NCBI GenBank assembly: GCA_019637335.1
Contig: JAHBVV010000018.1
Coordinates: 64,107-128,106 of the forward strand
DNA length: 64,000 nucleotides
From: Candidatus Hydrogenedentota bacterium
GTDB taxonomy: Bacteria > Hydrogenedentota > Hydrogenedentia > Hydrogenedentales > JAEUWI01
Direction of reading: 5' to 3'
Shown here piece after piece: positions 18,318 through 29,100 of the stretch. Numbering within the stretch: the stretch's first letter is position 1; each line of letters begins with the position of its first letter. A model generated the notes under the pieces. The model did not search any database. It had not been told where the DNA came from and saw only the letters and a list, made by a program, of their open reading frames with translations. The position numbers and the translations under genes were made by a program.

Positions 18318-20168
18318 CTATTGCACGTAGGGGGCGGTCACGTGCGTGGGCTCCCAGTGCTCGGGAGCGCGCCAGAGCGAGCTGAGGACCAATTGGCGCA
18401 TGAGCATGAATTCCTTGGGGAGGCGATCGTAGAGCTTGATGAAGAGCTCTTCGTGCGAGAGGATTTCGGCTTCCCAGTTGGCTCGGTCGACGGACATGAT
18501 CTCGTCGAACTGCTTCTCGGTAAAGTCGAGGCCGGTCCAGTCGATGTCTTCGTAGCGTGGGACCCAGCCGAGGGGGCTTTCCTCGGCGTAGGCGCGGCCG
18601 TGCACCTTGTCGACGATCCACTTGAGGATGCGGACGTTTTCGCCGAAGCCGGGCCACACGAACTTGCCGTCCGGATCCTTGCGGAACCAATTCACACCGA
18701 AGATGCGGGGCGGGTTGTTGATGGTGCGGCCGATATCCATCCAGTGGCTCCAGTAATCGGCCATGTGGTAGCCGATGAAGGGGAGCATGGCGAAGGGGTC
18801 GCGGCGGACGTTACCCACGGAGCCGGCGGCGGCGGCGGTGGTCTCCGAGCCCATGGTGGCGGCGAGGTAGACGCCGTAGTTCCAGTTGTAGGCCTGCATG
18901 ACGAGGGGGACGGTGGAGCTGCGGCGCCCGCCGAAGATGAAGGCGTCGATGGGGACACCGCGCGGGTCCAGGTAGGCCGGGTCGGCGCAGGGGCAGTTGG
19001 AGAGGCGCGCGGTGAAGCGGGCGTTCGGGTGCGCGGCGGGTGCGCCGCTCGCCGGAGTCCAGGCGTCGCCGCGCCAGTCCACGAGGTTGGGCGGCGGTGT
19101 GGGGGTCATGCCTTCCCACCAGACGTCGCCTTCGGGTGTGAGGGCGACATTGGTGAAGATGGTGTCGCGGGCGACGCTGGCCATGGCGTTGCGGTTGGAA
19201 TCGAAGGAGGTTCCGGGCGCGACGCCGAAGAAGCCGGCCTCGGGGTTGATGGCGTAGAGTTTGCCGTCGGGCCCGGGCTTGATCCACGCGATGTCGTCGC
19301 CCACGGTGGAGATTTTGTAATCGGAGAAGGTCTCCGGGGGGATCATCATGGCGAAATTCGTTTTGCCGCAGGCGCTGGGGAAGGCGGCGGCGATGTAGGT
19401 CTTTTCGCCGCCGGGCGCGGTGACGCCGAGGATGAGCATGTGCTCGGCAAGCCACCCCTCGTCGCGGGCCATGCAGGAGGCGATGCGGAGGGCGAAGCAT
19501 TTCTTGCCGAGGAGGGCGTTGCCGCCGTAGCCGCTGCCGAAGGACCAGATGCTGCGCTCCTCGGGGAAGTGTACGATGTACTTGTCGTCGTTGTTGCAGG
19601 GCCAGGCGACATCCTTACGCCCGCCGGTGAGCGGCATGCCCACGGAGTGCATGCAGGGGACGAATTCATTGTGCTTGCCGAGCTCGCCGACGACGGCGCG
19701 TCCGACGCGTGTCATGATGTGCATGTTGACGACGACGTAGGGGGAGTCGGTGATCTCGACGCCGATCTCGGCAATATCGGAGCCGATCGGGCCCATGCAG
19801 AAGGGGATGACGTACATCGTGCGGCCCTGCATGCAGCCGTTGAAGAGCCCGTCGAGGGTCGCCTTCATTTTGTGGGGTTCGACCCAGTTGTTGGTGGGGC
19901 CTGCGTCCTGACGGCGGCGGCTGCAAATGAAGGTGCGGTCCTCGACGCGCGCCACATCCTTCGGGTCGGAGCGAAACAGGTAGCTGTTGGGGCGCTTTTC
20001 CTCGTTGAGCTTGATGGCCATGCCCGAGCCGACCATCTCCGCCATGATCCGGGCATACTCGGCCTGCGACCCGTCGCACCAGTAGACCGAATCGGGCTGG
20101 CACAAGTTGGCCATCTCCTTCACCCAGGAGATCAGGCCATGGTGCTTCACGTACGGGGGAATGCTCAT
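18318..20168 (-). CDS. pckG: Phosphoenolpyruvate carboxykinase (GTP)
   Basis: Full-length similarity to GTP-PEPCK: [30 protein letters not shown] (kinase-1a P-loop), and the C-terminal NWF...GENVRILKW region. Start chosen at MSIPPYV. An in-frame upstream ATG at 20228 is possible. Confidence 0.85.
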   Translation of the reverse strand: MSIPPYVKHHGLISWVKEMANLCQPDSVYWCDGSQAEYARIMAEMVGSGMAIKLNEEKRPNSYLFRSDPKDVARVEDRTFICSRRRQDAGPTNNWVEPHKMKATLDGLFNGCMQGRTMYVIPFCMGPIGSDIAEIGVEITDSPYVVVNMHIMTRVGRAVVGELGKHNEFVPCMHSVGMPLTGGRKDVAWPCNNDDKYIVHFPEERSIWSFGSGYGGNALLGKKCFALRIASCMARDEGWLAEHMLILGVTAPGGEKTYIAAAFPSACGKTNFAMMIPPETFSDYKISTVGDDIAWIKPGPDGKLYAINPEAGFFGVAPGTSFDSNRNAMASVARDTIFTNVALTPEGDVWWEGMTPTPPPNLVDWRGDAWTPASGAPAAHPNARFTARLSNCPCADPAYLDPRGVPIDAFIFGGRRSSTVPLVMQAYNWNYGVYLAATMGSETTAAAAGSVGNVRRDPFAMLPFIGYHMADYWSHWMDIGRTINNPPRIFGVNWFRKDPDGKFVWPGFGENVRILKWIVDKVHGRAYAEESPLGWVPRYEDIDWTGLDFTEKQFDEIMSVDRANWEAEILSHEELFIKLYDRLPKEFMLMRQLVLSSLWRAPEHWEPTHVTAPYVQ

Positions 20169-20321
20169 CTTGGACTCACTTTCTATCGGGTTCCCGTCCG
20201 GCGCCGCAATGCCGGCCACGGCGCGCAATGTTCCCGGCTACCATCCAGCCGGGAAAGGCCGTGCGGGTACGCCTGCATGGTACCGTTCCGGGCGCGCCCG
20301 CGCAAAATCGTGGCTTCCGGG

Positions 20322-21341
20322 CTACTCAACGATACCGGTGGCGGGATTGTAGGTCCAGTCCTGGCCGGGGTAGGGGTGCTCGGGTAGTGCGGGGATCGTT
20401 CCCGCGCGCAGGACCTCATCCAGGGAAACGGGCCAGTGGCCGTTGTCTTTCTCGTATCCGTCGAGCAGGTTGCGCAGTATCTTCAGGCGGTTGGCCTTCA
20501 ATTCTTCGAGGGTGGTCGTGTTGTAAATGACGCCGTCGGCGGCGAGGAAGAAGCGCCCGCCCAGCGGGTCCGGCCCCAGGGGCTGGATAATGCCGGCCTG
20601 GACCATCTCGTCGAGGCTCTCGGGAAATTCTCCCGTGCGCTGGCGGAAGGCGAGTACGGCCTGATTCAATTGCTCGGTGGCGGTGATGATATCCATCTCG
20701 ACGAGCTTTCGCGCGGCGAGTTCGCGAAGCAGGGTGTCTTCGCTGCCGGCGAGGCGCGCCCACATTTCCCGCTCGACGTCGGCGAGGTCATACTGGCCGT
20801 GCAGCTGGGTGGCCAGATTGCGGATGAACTCGGGGGAGCCCTCGATGGCGGCGGCGAGGCTGAGGTAGTAGGTGGCGCGCTCCTTTGCGCCTGGCTCGTC
20901 CTTGCGGTTGAGGAGGAAAATCATGGCGAGCTCGTAGGGGAGCTGAAAGTTGTCGGGATTGGCGATGAAGCCGCGCTCGAGGAGGTCGATGCCGGCGTCG
21001 TCGTCGGCGCGGAGCGCGGCGAGAAACATGCCGCCGTAGCGGTAGGCGTCGTCGAACCAGGGGTCGAGTTGGACGATGGTTTCGAGCATCTGCTGGAGCC
21101 AGGTGAACTTACGATCGCCCTTGCTTTCCTTGCCGATGTACTGGATGCACTGGAGCCAGAGGAGATCGGCGACGATGTGGTTCATGCCGCCGGTGAAGTG
21201 CTTGAGGAGCCTGGCGTTGGGCAGGTAGAGGAGTTCGTCGCCCGATTCGAAGGCGCGGGCGGAGTTCGCCTGGCGCTGGGAGAAAATGGCCCCGGCGAAC
21301 AGGGCCGCCGCGCAGGCTATGGCGATAAGCCGCGCGCGCAC
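20322..21341 (-). CDS. Hypothetical exported protein encoded downstream of the ABC-2 permease
   Basis: N-terminal hydrophobic segment MRARLIAIACAAALFAGAIF. Transcribed after the permease gene (21343-22104) on the same strand, with a 1-nt gap between them. Confidence 0.5.
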   Translation of the reverse strand: MRARLIAIACAAALFAGAIFSQRQANSARAFESGDELLYLPNARLLKHFTGGMNHIVADLLWLQCIQYIGKESKGDRKFTWLQQMLETIVQLDPWFDDAYRYGGMFLAALRADDDAGIDLLERGFIANPDNFQLPYELAMIFLLNRKDEPGAKERATYYLSLAAAIEGSPEFIRNLATQLHGQYDLADVEREMWARLAGSEDTLLRELAARKLVEMDIITATEQLNQAVLAFRQRTGEFPESLDEMVQAGIIQPLGPDPLGGRFFLAADGVIYNTTTLEELKANRLKILRNLLDGYEKDNGHWPVSLDEVLRAGTIPALPEHPYPGQDWTYNPATGIVE

Positions 21342-21342
21342 G

Positions 21343-22104
21343 TCAGACGTCCTTTTCCTGGAAGGCGAGCGCCGCGAGGATCAGGAGCATGACGGTGTAC
21401 ATGAGGCCGTAGGACATGGCCCAGACGACATAGGCCCCGGAGACGGCGACATCGTTTGCGGCTTCGCGGGCGATGTCGAAGTTGCTCAGGTTCGGGATGA
21501 CGTAGTAGGCCGCCTCCAGCATGGATTTCGCGAAGGTGCCGTCGAACTGCGGCGGGAGGTCGCGGAAGACTTCGGTGGCGTGGCCGAAGACCGCGACCGA
21601 GAAGACGATGATCGCGCCGAGTATGGGCGAGGTCATGGCCGACAGCAGGATGGCGAAGGCCGTGATCAGCATGAGCTTCCAGTAGATGAGCAGGATGGCC
21701 AGGAAATAGGTTGTGGTGAGCGATCCGCCGAGGAGCAGGATGTAGACCGATGAGACGGCGGCCATGATCGCGGTGACGACCGCGAGCAGCGCCATCAGGC
21801 CGAGGTATTTTCCCACGACGAACTCGTAGCGGTGCATCGGCTGCGAGAGGATCGTGTAGAGCGTGCGCTTGTCGATTTCCTTGTAAATGAGGCTCGTTCC
21901 CACGAAGATGGCGATGAGGATACCGAAGATGGACGTGGCGCCGAGGGCAATATCCTTCACGATCTTGATGTCCTGCCCGATGCTGATCCAGCCGAGGGCC
22001 TTCGATCCGAATATGGTCACGGCGGCGAAGAACAGGAGCACGTAGAGGACCTTGTCGCGGATCGACTCGCGAAACGTGTTCTGGGCAATGGCGAGTATAC
22101 GCAT
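21343..22104 (-). CDS. ABC-2 family transporter permease
   Basis: Six predicted TM helices. Its ATG overlaps the ATPase stop (ATGA at 22104). Confidence 0.7.
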   Translation of the reverse strand: MRILAIAQNTFRESIRDKVLYVLLFFAAVTIFGSKALGWISIGQDIKIVKDIALGATSIFGILIAIFVGTSLIYKEIDKRTLYTILSQPMHRYEFVVGKYLGLMALLAVVTAIMAAVSSVYILLLGGSLTTTYFLAILLIYWKLMLITAFAILLSAMTSPILGAIIVFSVAVFGHATEVFRDLPPQFDGTFAKSMLEAAYYVIPNLSNFDIAREAANDVAVSGAYVVWAMSYGLMYTVMLLILAALAFQEKDV

Positions 22105-23066
22105 CAGATGGCCCTCTCCGCGGGCGGCAATGCACTTGCGGGAAGCGCGCCTTCTTCCTGCTGCCGCAGGAAGAAATCCTCCAGCGTTTCCTTGATGGTC
22201 TGGAACTCGACCAGGGTCCCGCCCCGCTCATAGATCAGGCGGGCGCCCTCATTGGCTTCGCCCCGATCGGCGAAGGTGAAGATATCCTGCGCGTCGAGTT
22301 GCCGATGCTTTGTGGCGAGGGCAATCACCGCGGCGCGACCGGCCTCGTCCAGCCCCTCCGCGATGACGTCGACGGCCTTCACGTGGTGGCCGAGCAACTC
22401 GTCAATGCGGCCGCGGTGCGTCAGCCTGCCCTTCACGAGGATGCTTACCCGGTCGCAGATCTGTTCCACATCGCCCATCACGTGGGAACTGAAAAAGATG
22501 GTCTTCTTTTCGTCCCGGCACCGCATGATCAGGTCGCGAATCATGCGGCGGCCGACGGGGTCGAGGCCGCTCATGGGCTCGTCGAGGATGAGTAGCGGCG
22601 GATCGCCCACGAGCGCGACGGCGAAGCCGATCCGCTGGCGCATGCCCTTGGAGAAGCCCTTGACCCGCTGCTCGGCGATGTCGCGGAGGTCGAGCAGTTC
22701 GGAGAGCTTGTCCCACTGCCTCTGGCGCTCCGCGGGGGAGAGTTTTTGCAGGCGCCCGTAGAAGTCGATGGTCTCGCGGGGCGTGAGGTATTCGTAGAAA
22801 TAGGGCTGCTCGGGCAGGTAGCCCACCAGGCGCCGGGCCTCTGGGGTCCGGACGCTTTTGCCGAAGATGAAGGCCTCGCCACCGGTCGGTTTCAGCAGCC
22901 CGCAGAGGATCTTGATGGTCGTCGTCTTGCCCGCGCCGTTGCGCCCGAGAAAGCCGTAGACTTCGTTCTCCTCGATCGTGAGATCGAGGCCATCCAGCGA
23001 CTTCACCGGCGACTTTCCGATGGCCCGGTACACCTTGCAGAGATCGTTCGTGACGATAGCGCTCAA
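22104..23066 (-). CDS. ABC transporter ATP-binding protein
   Basis: Walker A GRNGAGKTT, signature LSKGMRQR, Walker B LLILDEP, H-loop. Confidence 0.85.
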   Translation of the reverse strand: MSAIVTNDLCKVYRAIGKSPVKSLDGLDLTIEENEVYGFLGRNGAGKTTTIKILCGLLKPTGGEAFIFGKSVRTPEARRLVGYLPEQPYFYEYLTPRETIDFYGRLQKLSPAERQRQWDKLSELLDLRDIAEQRVKGFSKGMRQRIGFAVALVGDPPLLILDEPMSGLDPVGRRMIRDLIMRCRDEKKTIFFSSHVMGDVEQICDRVSILVKGRLTHRGRIDELLGHHVKAVDVIAEGLDEAGRAAVIALATKHRQLDAQDIFTFADRGEANEGARLIYERGGTLVEFQTIKETLEDFFLRQQEEGALPASALPPAERAI

Positions 23067-23167
23067 CCCGGAATCTCCTAAGCATGTTCAGTGCCAGCTT
23101 TGCGAGGATTCTAGCGCGCCACCCGCGAAGTTGTCCAGTGGCGTACGCCCGGCGAGGCGGTGGCAGC

Positions 23168-24490
23168 CTACAGGGACCAGCCGTCGCGATAGGCCTGGCG
23201 CACGTATTGAGTGGCGTCGGGGAGGTTGGTGAATTCCAACTTCGCCGCGTCCCAGAGCAGTTTGGTGTTCATGCGTTTGGCGATGTTGCCGAGGAGCGTG
23301 ATTTCGGTGAGTGGGCCCGAATAGTCGAAGGCCGCGTTGGCGGGGCGATTGTTGCGGATGGCGTCGCACCATTCGGCCTCGTGCGTGCCTTCCACCTTGC
23401 GGATGTTGGGTTCGGGCGGGGTGAAATCCGCCATGCGGGCCGCGGGCACGAGGCGGGGCGACTGGCCGTAGGTGCCGCAGGTGATGCAGCCCTTTGAGCC
23501 CTTGAACAGCGCGCCGCCCTCGCCGTCGCCGAGGTCGTCCTTTTCGCTGAGTTCGCTGGGGCGCGGGGGGCGCAGGCCGTCGTACCAGTTCACGATGACG
23601 GCCGGCCGATCGCCCCTGGCGGGGAATTCGTAGCGCACGATGGAGGCGAGGGGATGCAGTTCCCCGGTGAGGCCCGTGGAGCTGGCCTCGATGCTCACCG
23701 GCTGGCCGAGATCCAGCGCCCAGACGATGGGATCGAAGGTGTGCGCGCCGCGATCGCCCATCATGCCGCATCCGAAGTCCCACCAGCTCCGCCAGCTGCC
23801 GGGGTGGTAGCAGGGGTGGTACGGGCGCGACGGGGCGGGCCCGAGCCAGAGATCCCAGTCGAGCGTGGCCGGTACGGGCGGGGTGTCTTCCGGGCGCGCG
23901 CCGACGGGTGAGCTCCAGGCGGCGTGGCCCCAGGGGTAGTAGGTCAGGTCGCACCAGGCGTCGACTTCGCGGACCTCGCCGATGACGCCGGCCTGAATCC
24001 AGGTGACGATGTCGCGCGCGCCGGACATGGAGTGGCCCTGAATGCCCATCTGGGTGATCACGCCGGTCTCGCGGGCGATTTCGGCGAGGCGGCGCGATTC
24101 GAACACATCGTGGGTCAGCGGCTTCTGGCAGTAGACATGCTTGCCTGCTTCCATGGCGGCCTTCGCGATGACGGCGTGGGTGTGGTCGGGCGTGGCGATG
24201 AGCACGGCGTCGATGTCGCGCTGTTTTTCGAGCATGACGCGGAAGTTGGCGTAGCGCGCGGCGTTTGGGTACTTCTCGAAGGTCTTTGCCGCGTAGTCGC
24301 TGTCCACATCGCAGAGCGCGATGATGTTTTCGTTTTCCAGGGCGCGGAGGTTCGAGGCGCCCATCCCGCCGACGCCGATCCCGGCGATGTTGATCTTCTC
24401 GTTGGGGGAGGCGGCGGCGCGGGCGGGCCGGGCGGCGAGGAGGGCGGACGTGGCCAGGGCGGTGTGCTGAATGAACTCGCGGCGTTTCAT
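23168..24490 (-). CDS. Gfo/Idh/MocA family oxidoreductase with twin-arginine signal peptide
   Basis: MKRREFIQHTALATSALLAARPARAAAS Tat motif. Then GIGVGGMGASN Rossmann fold and the EKP/CQKP motif of Gfo/Idh/MocA. Confidence 0.75.
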   Translation of the reverse strand: MKRREFIQHTALATSALLAARPARAAASPNEKINIAGIGVGGMGASNLRALENENIIALCDVDSDYAAKTFEKYPNAARYANFRVMLEKQRDIDAVLIATPDHTHAVIAKAAMEAGKHVYCQKPLTHDVFESRRLAEIARETGVITQMGIQGHSMSGARDIVTWIQAGVIGEVREVDAWCDLTYYPWGHAAWSSPVGARPEDTPPVPATLDWDLWLGPAPSRPYHPCYHPGSWRSWWDFGCGMMGDRGAHTFDPIVWALDLGQPVSIEASSTGLTGELHPLASIVRYEFPARGDRPAVIVNWYDGLRPPRPSELSEKDDLGDGEGGALFKGSKGCITCGTYGQSPRLVPAARMADFTPPEPNIRKVEGTHEAEWCDAIRNNRPANAAFDYSGPLTEITLLGNIAKRMNTKLLWDAAKLEFTNLPDATQYVRQAYRDGWSL

Positions 24491-24615
24491 GGTCTGGGAC
24501 TCCGGTTGTGTCTGAATGGCGTACGCGCCGGCTCCATGGTACCCGCTTGGCGGTGTGGCTTCCAGTACGCCGCGCGGGACCTCGGCCCTTGACATTGGGA
24601 GCCGGAGCGAACAAA

Positions 24616-25080
24616 ATGGAGGAGGAAGTCTACTATTTCATGTTCAAGCTCTATTCCAAAGGTTGCCAGTACGCGCTGCGGGCGCTTGCCTACGTCGTCA
24701 CCGAACGGGGCAGCGAGCGCTTTCAGATTGCGGAGATCTGCGAAAAGGTCGGGATTCCCGAGCCGTTTACCCGCAAGGTCTTCCAGGATCTCGTGCAGGC
24801 CGGCTTCCTCCATGCCCACCGGGGTCCGGGCGGCGGTTACTCCCTGGCCGAAAGCCCCGACAGGATCTCGCTGCTCGACGTGATACACGCCGTGGACGGC
24901 GAGGACACCTTCAATCACTGCGTCCTCGGGTTCGAGGAATGTGGCAGCGCGCACCCTTGCCCCATGCACTACCGCTGGGCCGAGGCGAAGTCCCAACTGC
25001 TCGACCAGCTTGCGCAGGATACGCTTCAGGATATCGCGGACTTCGCGGCGAAGCGGCTGAAGAACCTGCCCCGAACCTGA
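24616..25080 (+). CDS. Rrf2-family transcriptional regulator (NsrR/IscR-like)
   Basis: YALRALAYV..ERF.IAEICEK.GIPEPFTRKVFQDLVQAGFL...GGGYSLA matches Rrf2 HTH. Three Cys (CxxxxxxC...C) fit a possible Fe-S ligand set. An alternative start at 24640 (MFKL) is possible. Confidence 0.7.
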   Translation: MEEEVYYFMFKLYSKGCQYALRALAYVVTERGSERFQIAEICEKVGIPEPFTRKVFQDLVQAGFLHAHRGPGGGYSLAESPDRISLLDVIHAVDGEDTFNHCVLGFEECGSAHPCPMHYRWAEAKSQLLDQLAQDTLQDIADFAAKRLKNLPRT

Positions 25081-25156
25081 TCGCGCGGGGCCGGATCGCC
25101 CTTTATTTCCGGGTTTTTAGAAGAATGAACCAAGCCATTGACACGGCGCGGCCAAA

Positions 25157-25201
25157 TAGTGGATAATTTGGTCCGGAATAAAGTGGATAAAAAAATCCAC
25201 T
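25157..25201. promoter_or_regulatory. Candidate operator: direct repeat AGTGGATAA x2 and perfect inverted repeat AGTGGAT-N6-ATCCACT in the promoter region of the nar locus
   Basis: tagtggataat at 25157-25167, then agtggataaaaaaatccact at 25182-25201. AT-rich island in an otherwise GC-rich genome, sitting between the Rrf2 gene and the first nar-locus gene. Confidence 0.35.
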
Positions 25202-25241
25202 ATATTGGGCCTGGTCACGGGCCCCATGGAGAGGCAATTTG

Positions 25242-26150
25242 ATGCTTGCGAACCTGCCCCCGCTTCGATTCCGCGGCCGCCGCCTGGCGGCGCTGCTGAT
25301 CGCCGCCGCGCTGGCCCTCCCCTGTGGCGTTGCCGGCGCCCAGGAGACGGCGGCGGAAGCGCCCGCCCCCGAGACGCCCGCTGAAACCGCCGAAGCCGCG
25401 CTCGCGCCGGATGCACCGGCCGCCGCGCCCGAGGACGTGGCGGCGCAGGCCTACGCGACCAAGTGCATGGGCTGCCACACGATTGGCGGCGGGGCCCTCT
25501 CCGGCCCCGACCTCAAACCATCTGCCGCGTGGCCCCGGAAGAACCTCTGGGACGCGATCAAGCGCATGGAGAAGAACGTGGGGCCAATGGCGGATGAGGA
25601 AATCGACCTGCACACCGACTTCCTCCTCGCCGTTGACGCGGCGGAGCGGATCGCTGAGGCGCAGAAGCAGGCCGCGCTCAGGCACGCGGCCACGATGGAA
25701 CCGGCTTCGGCGGATACGGGCCGCGCGCTCTTTCTGGGGCGGACGCCCTTTGCCAATGGCGGGCTTGCGTGCGGCGCGTGCCACCAGGCGGGCGGTCGCG
25801 GCGGATCGCTGGCCTCCTCGCTGGAAGACGCGTTCACGCGGCTGGGCGAGGCCCCGTTGATGGCCGCCTGCGAGTCGCCCGGCTACCCGGTCATGCGGGC
25901 CATGTACCTTGACTCCGCGCAGCCGGTGACCCGGCAGGAAGCGCTTCACGTGGTGAAGTACCTGGAGCAGGTCTCTGGCCAGCCGCAATCCGCGATCAGC
26001 ATCCCGCTGCACCTGCTGGGCGTGTTGGGCGCGGGGGGGACCGTAGTGTTGCTCGCCACCCGTTACAAGAAGACCCCCGGCGGCACGCGGGCGCGTCTCG
26101 TCGCGCGCGCCTGCCGCAAGCAGGACACCGGCCAGGACCAGGGAGTTTAA
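25242..26150 (+). CDS. Membrane-anchored diheme cytochrome c
   Basis: Signal peptide; two CxxCH motifs (CMGCH, CGACH); C-terminal hydrophobic helix; RBS ggagagg. Stop lies 5 nt before the narG ATG. Confidence 0.7.
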   Translation: MLANLPPLRFRGRRLAALLIAAALALPCGVAGAQETAAEAPAPETPAETAEAALAPDAPAAAPEDVAAQAYATKCMGCHTIGGGALSGPDLKPSAAWPRKNLWDAIKRMEKNVGPMADEEIDLHTDFLLAVDAAERIAEAQKQAALRHAATMEPASADTGRALFLGRTPFANGGLACGACHQAGGRGGSLASSLEDAFTRLGEAPLMAACESPGYPVMRAMYLDSAQPVTRQEALHVVKYLEQVSGQPQSAISIPLHLLGVLGAGGTVVLLATRYKKTPGGTRARLVARACRKQDTGQDQGV

Positions 26151-26154
26151 TCGC

Positions 26155-29100
26155 ATGAGCTGGATCAAGGACATATTCGAGCCGGAGGCGCGGGCGTGGG
26201 AAGACTTCTACCGGAACCGCTGGTCCTACGACAAAGTGGTGCGGAGCACCCACGGCGTCAACTGCACGGGGTCGTGCAGCTGGAACATTTACGTTAAGCG
26301 GGGCATCGTCACGTGGGAGATGCAGGCGCTCGACTACCCGATCCTCGATAAGGATATCCCGCCCTACGAGCCGCGCGGGTGCCAGCGCGGCATCTCGTAC
26401 TCGTGGTACATCTACAGCCCGTTGCGCGTGAAGTACCCCTACCTCCGGGGCGCGCTGGCCGATCTCTGGCGCGCGGCGAAGCGAAAGCATCCCGGCGATC
26501 CGGTGGCCGCGTGGCGATCAATCGTGACGGACCCACCGTCCCGCAAGCGCTACCAGCAGGCGCGGGGCAAGGGCGGGTTCCGGCGGAGCACCTGGGAGGA
26601 AGTCGAGGAGATCATCGCCGCGGCCAACCTGTACACCGTCCAGGAATTCGGGCCGGATCGACTCATCGGCTTCTCGCCCATCCCGGCGATGTCCATGATC
26701 AGCTACGCGGCCGGGGCGCGGTTCATGCAGCTCATGGGCGGCGTGGCGCTGTCCTTTTACGACTGGTACTGCGACCTGCCGCCCGCCTCGCCGGAAATCT
26801 GGGGCGAACAGACGGATGTGGCCGAGAGCGCGGACTGGTTCCACTCGAAATTCATCGCGACCGTCGGTTCCAACGTGTTGATGACGCGCACGCCCGACGC
26901 GCACTTCCTGGTGGAGGCGCGGCACCAGGGCGCCAAGGTGGTGGTGTTCTCGCCGGACTTCAGCCAGACCTCCAAGGTCGGGGACGAATGGATCCCGATG
27001 AACCAGGGCCAGGACGGGGCCTTCTGGATGGCGGTGAACCATGTGATCCTGCAAGAGTTTTACGTGAACCGGGAGACCCCGAGCTTCAGCACCTACCTGA
27101 AGGAAAACAGCGACGCGGCATTTCTCGTGCAGCTCGAACCCGACGGGCAGGGCGGCTACAAGCCGGGGGCCTACCTCCGCGCGTCGCAGCTCGCGGAAAC
27201 GAAGGACGAAGAGCTCGCCGAATGGAAAATGTTCGTTCTCGACGAGGAAAACGCCGCGATCCGGCTGCCGGCCGGCCAGGTGGGCCACCGCTGGCAGCAT
27301 ACGAAGGGCCAGTGGCACATCAAGCAGGAGGATTCTCGCACCGGCGAGGCGTTTGAGGCCCGCCTGAGCGTTGCGGGGCTCGGCGAGGCGGTCCCGGTGC
27401 GCTTCAACGACTTCTCCGAGGGCCGGAACGACGTCATCCGGACCCGGCACGTGCCATCGCACACCGTGGAGACGGCGGCGGGGCCGGTGCTGGTCACGAC
27501 GGCCTTCGATCTGCTGCTGGCGCAGCACGGCGTAAACCGGGGCTACGCCGGGGAGTGGCCCGAGAGCTACGACGACGGCGCGCAGCCCTTCACACCGGCC
27601 TGGCAGGAGCCCTACACCGGCATCAAGGCCGCCACGGTCACTCGCTTCGCCCGGGAATGGGCCATCACCGCCGAAAAGACCGGCGGCAAGTGCATGGTGA
27701 TCATCGGGGCGGGGGTGAACCACTGGTACCACAACAACCTGATCTACCGCGCGTGCATCAACGCGCTTCTGCTCTGCGGCTGTGTGGGGAAGAACGGCGG
27801 CGGCTGGAACCATTACGTGGGGCAGGAGAAGCTGGTGCCGCAGGGGTCCTGGGGGCCTATCGCCTTCGGCGCGGACTGGGGCGGCCCGCCGCGCCTGCAG
27901 AACACGCCGTCCTTCCACTACATGCACTCGGATCAGTGGCGCTACGATCGCGCGTTCCGCGAGATGTGCCCGGTGGCGGAAGAAGATCACCCCATGGCCT
28001 CCGGGCATACCGCCGACAAGCAGGCCCTGGCGGTCCGCAGCGGCTGGCTGCCGTGCTTCCCCCAGTTCACGGAGCACAACTTCAAACTGGTGAAGGAAGC
28101 CGAGGAACGCGGGGCCGATCCCGTGGAGCACCTGGTCAACCGCCTCAAGGACCGATCGCTCAAGTTTGCGATGGAGGATCCCGACAATCCCGCGTGCTAC
28201 CCGCGCGTGTGGTACATCTGGCGCGGCAACGCGATCCAGGCGTCCGCCAAGGGGCACGAATACTTCCTGAAACACTACCTCGGCACGCACCACAACACGA
28301 TCGCCGAGGAAGTGGCGAAGGACGATGTCGAGGACGTGGTCTGGCACGACAAGGTCGAGCTGGGGAAGATGGACCTGATCGTCGATTTGAACTTCCGGAT
28401 GGACACGTCGGCGCTGTACTCGGATATCGTGCTGCCGACGGCGTCCTGGTACGAAAAAGACGATCTCAGCTCCACGGACATGCACTCCTTCATCCACCCG
28501 CTCCAGAAGGCCGTGCCCCCGTGCTGGGAATCCCGGAGCGACTGGCAGATCTTCCAGAGCATCGCGAAGAGCACCTCCGAGATGGCGCGGCAGTACCTGC
28601 CGAAGCCGCAGCGCGACATTGTGATCTCCCCGCTGCTCCACGACACGCCCGCCGAAGTCGCGCAGCCGTCCATCAAGGACTGGGCGAAGGGCGAGTGCGA
28701 GCCCATTCCCGGCAAGACCATGCCGAACATTACGGTGGTCGAGCGCGACTACACGAAGGTCTACGAGAAGTTCATCTCGCTCGGCCCGAACTACCGCGAC
28801 AAGGGGTTGGGCATTCACGGCACGGTGTATCAGGTTGACGACGTCTACGACCAGTACCTGACGAACCACCGCACCGAGGAATGGGGTGGCAAGCGCTATC
28901 CATCGCTCCGCGCCGATCGCGACGTTTGCGAGGTGATCCTGCACTTCGCGGCGGAGACCAACGGCGAACTGGCGCACCGCGCGTACGAGGTCGAATCGAA
29001 GAAGACCGGCATCGACCACACGCACCTGGCGCGCGACACGCGGGGGGTGGTGTACAACTTCGACGATCTGTGCACGTCGCCGCGCCGCACGCTGACGACG

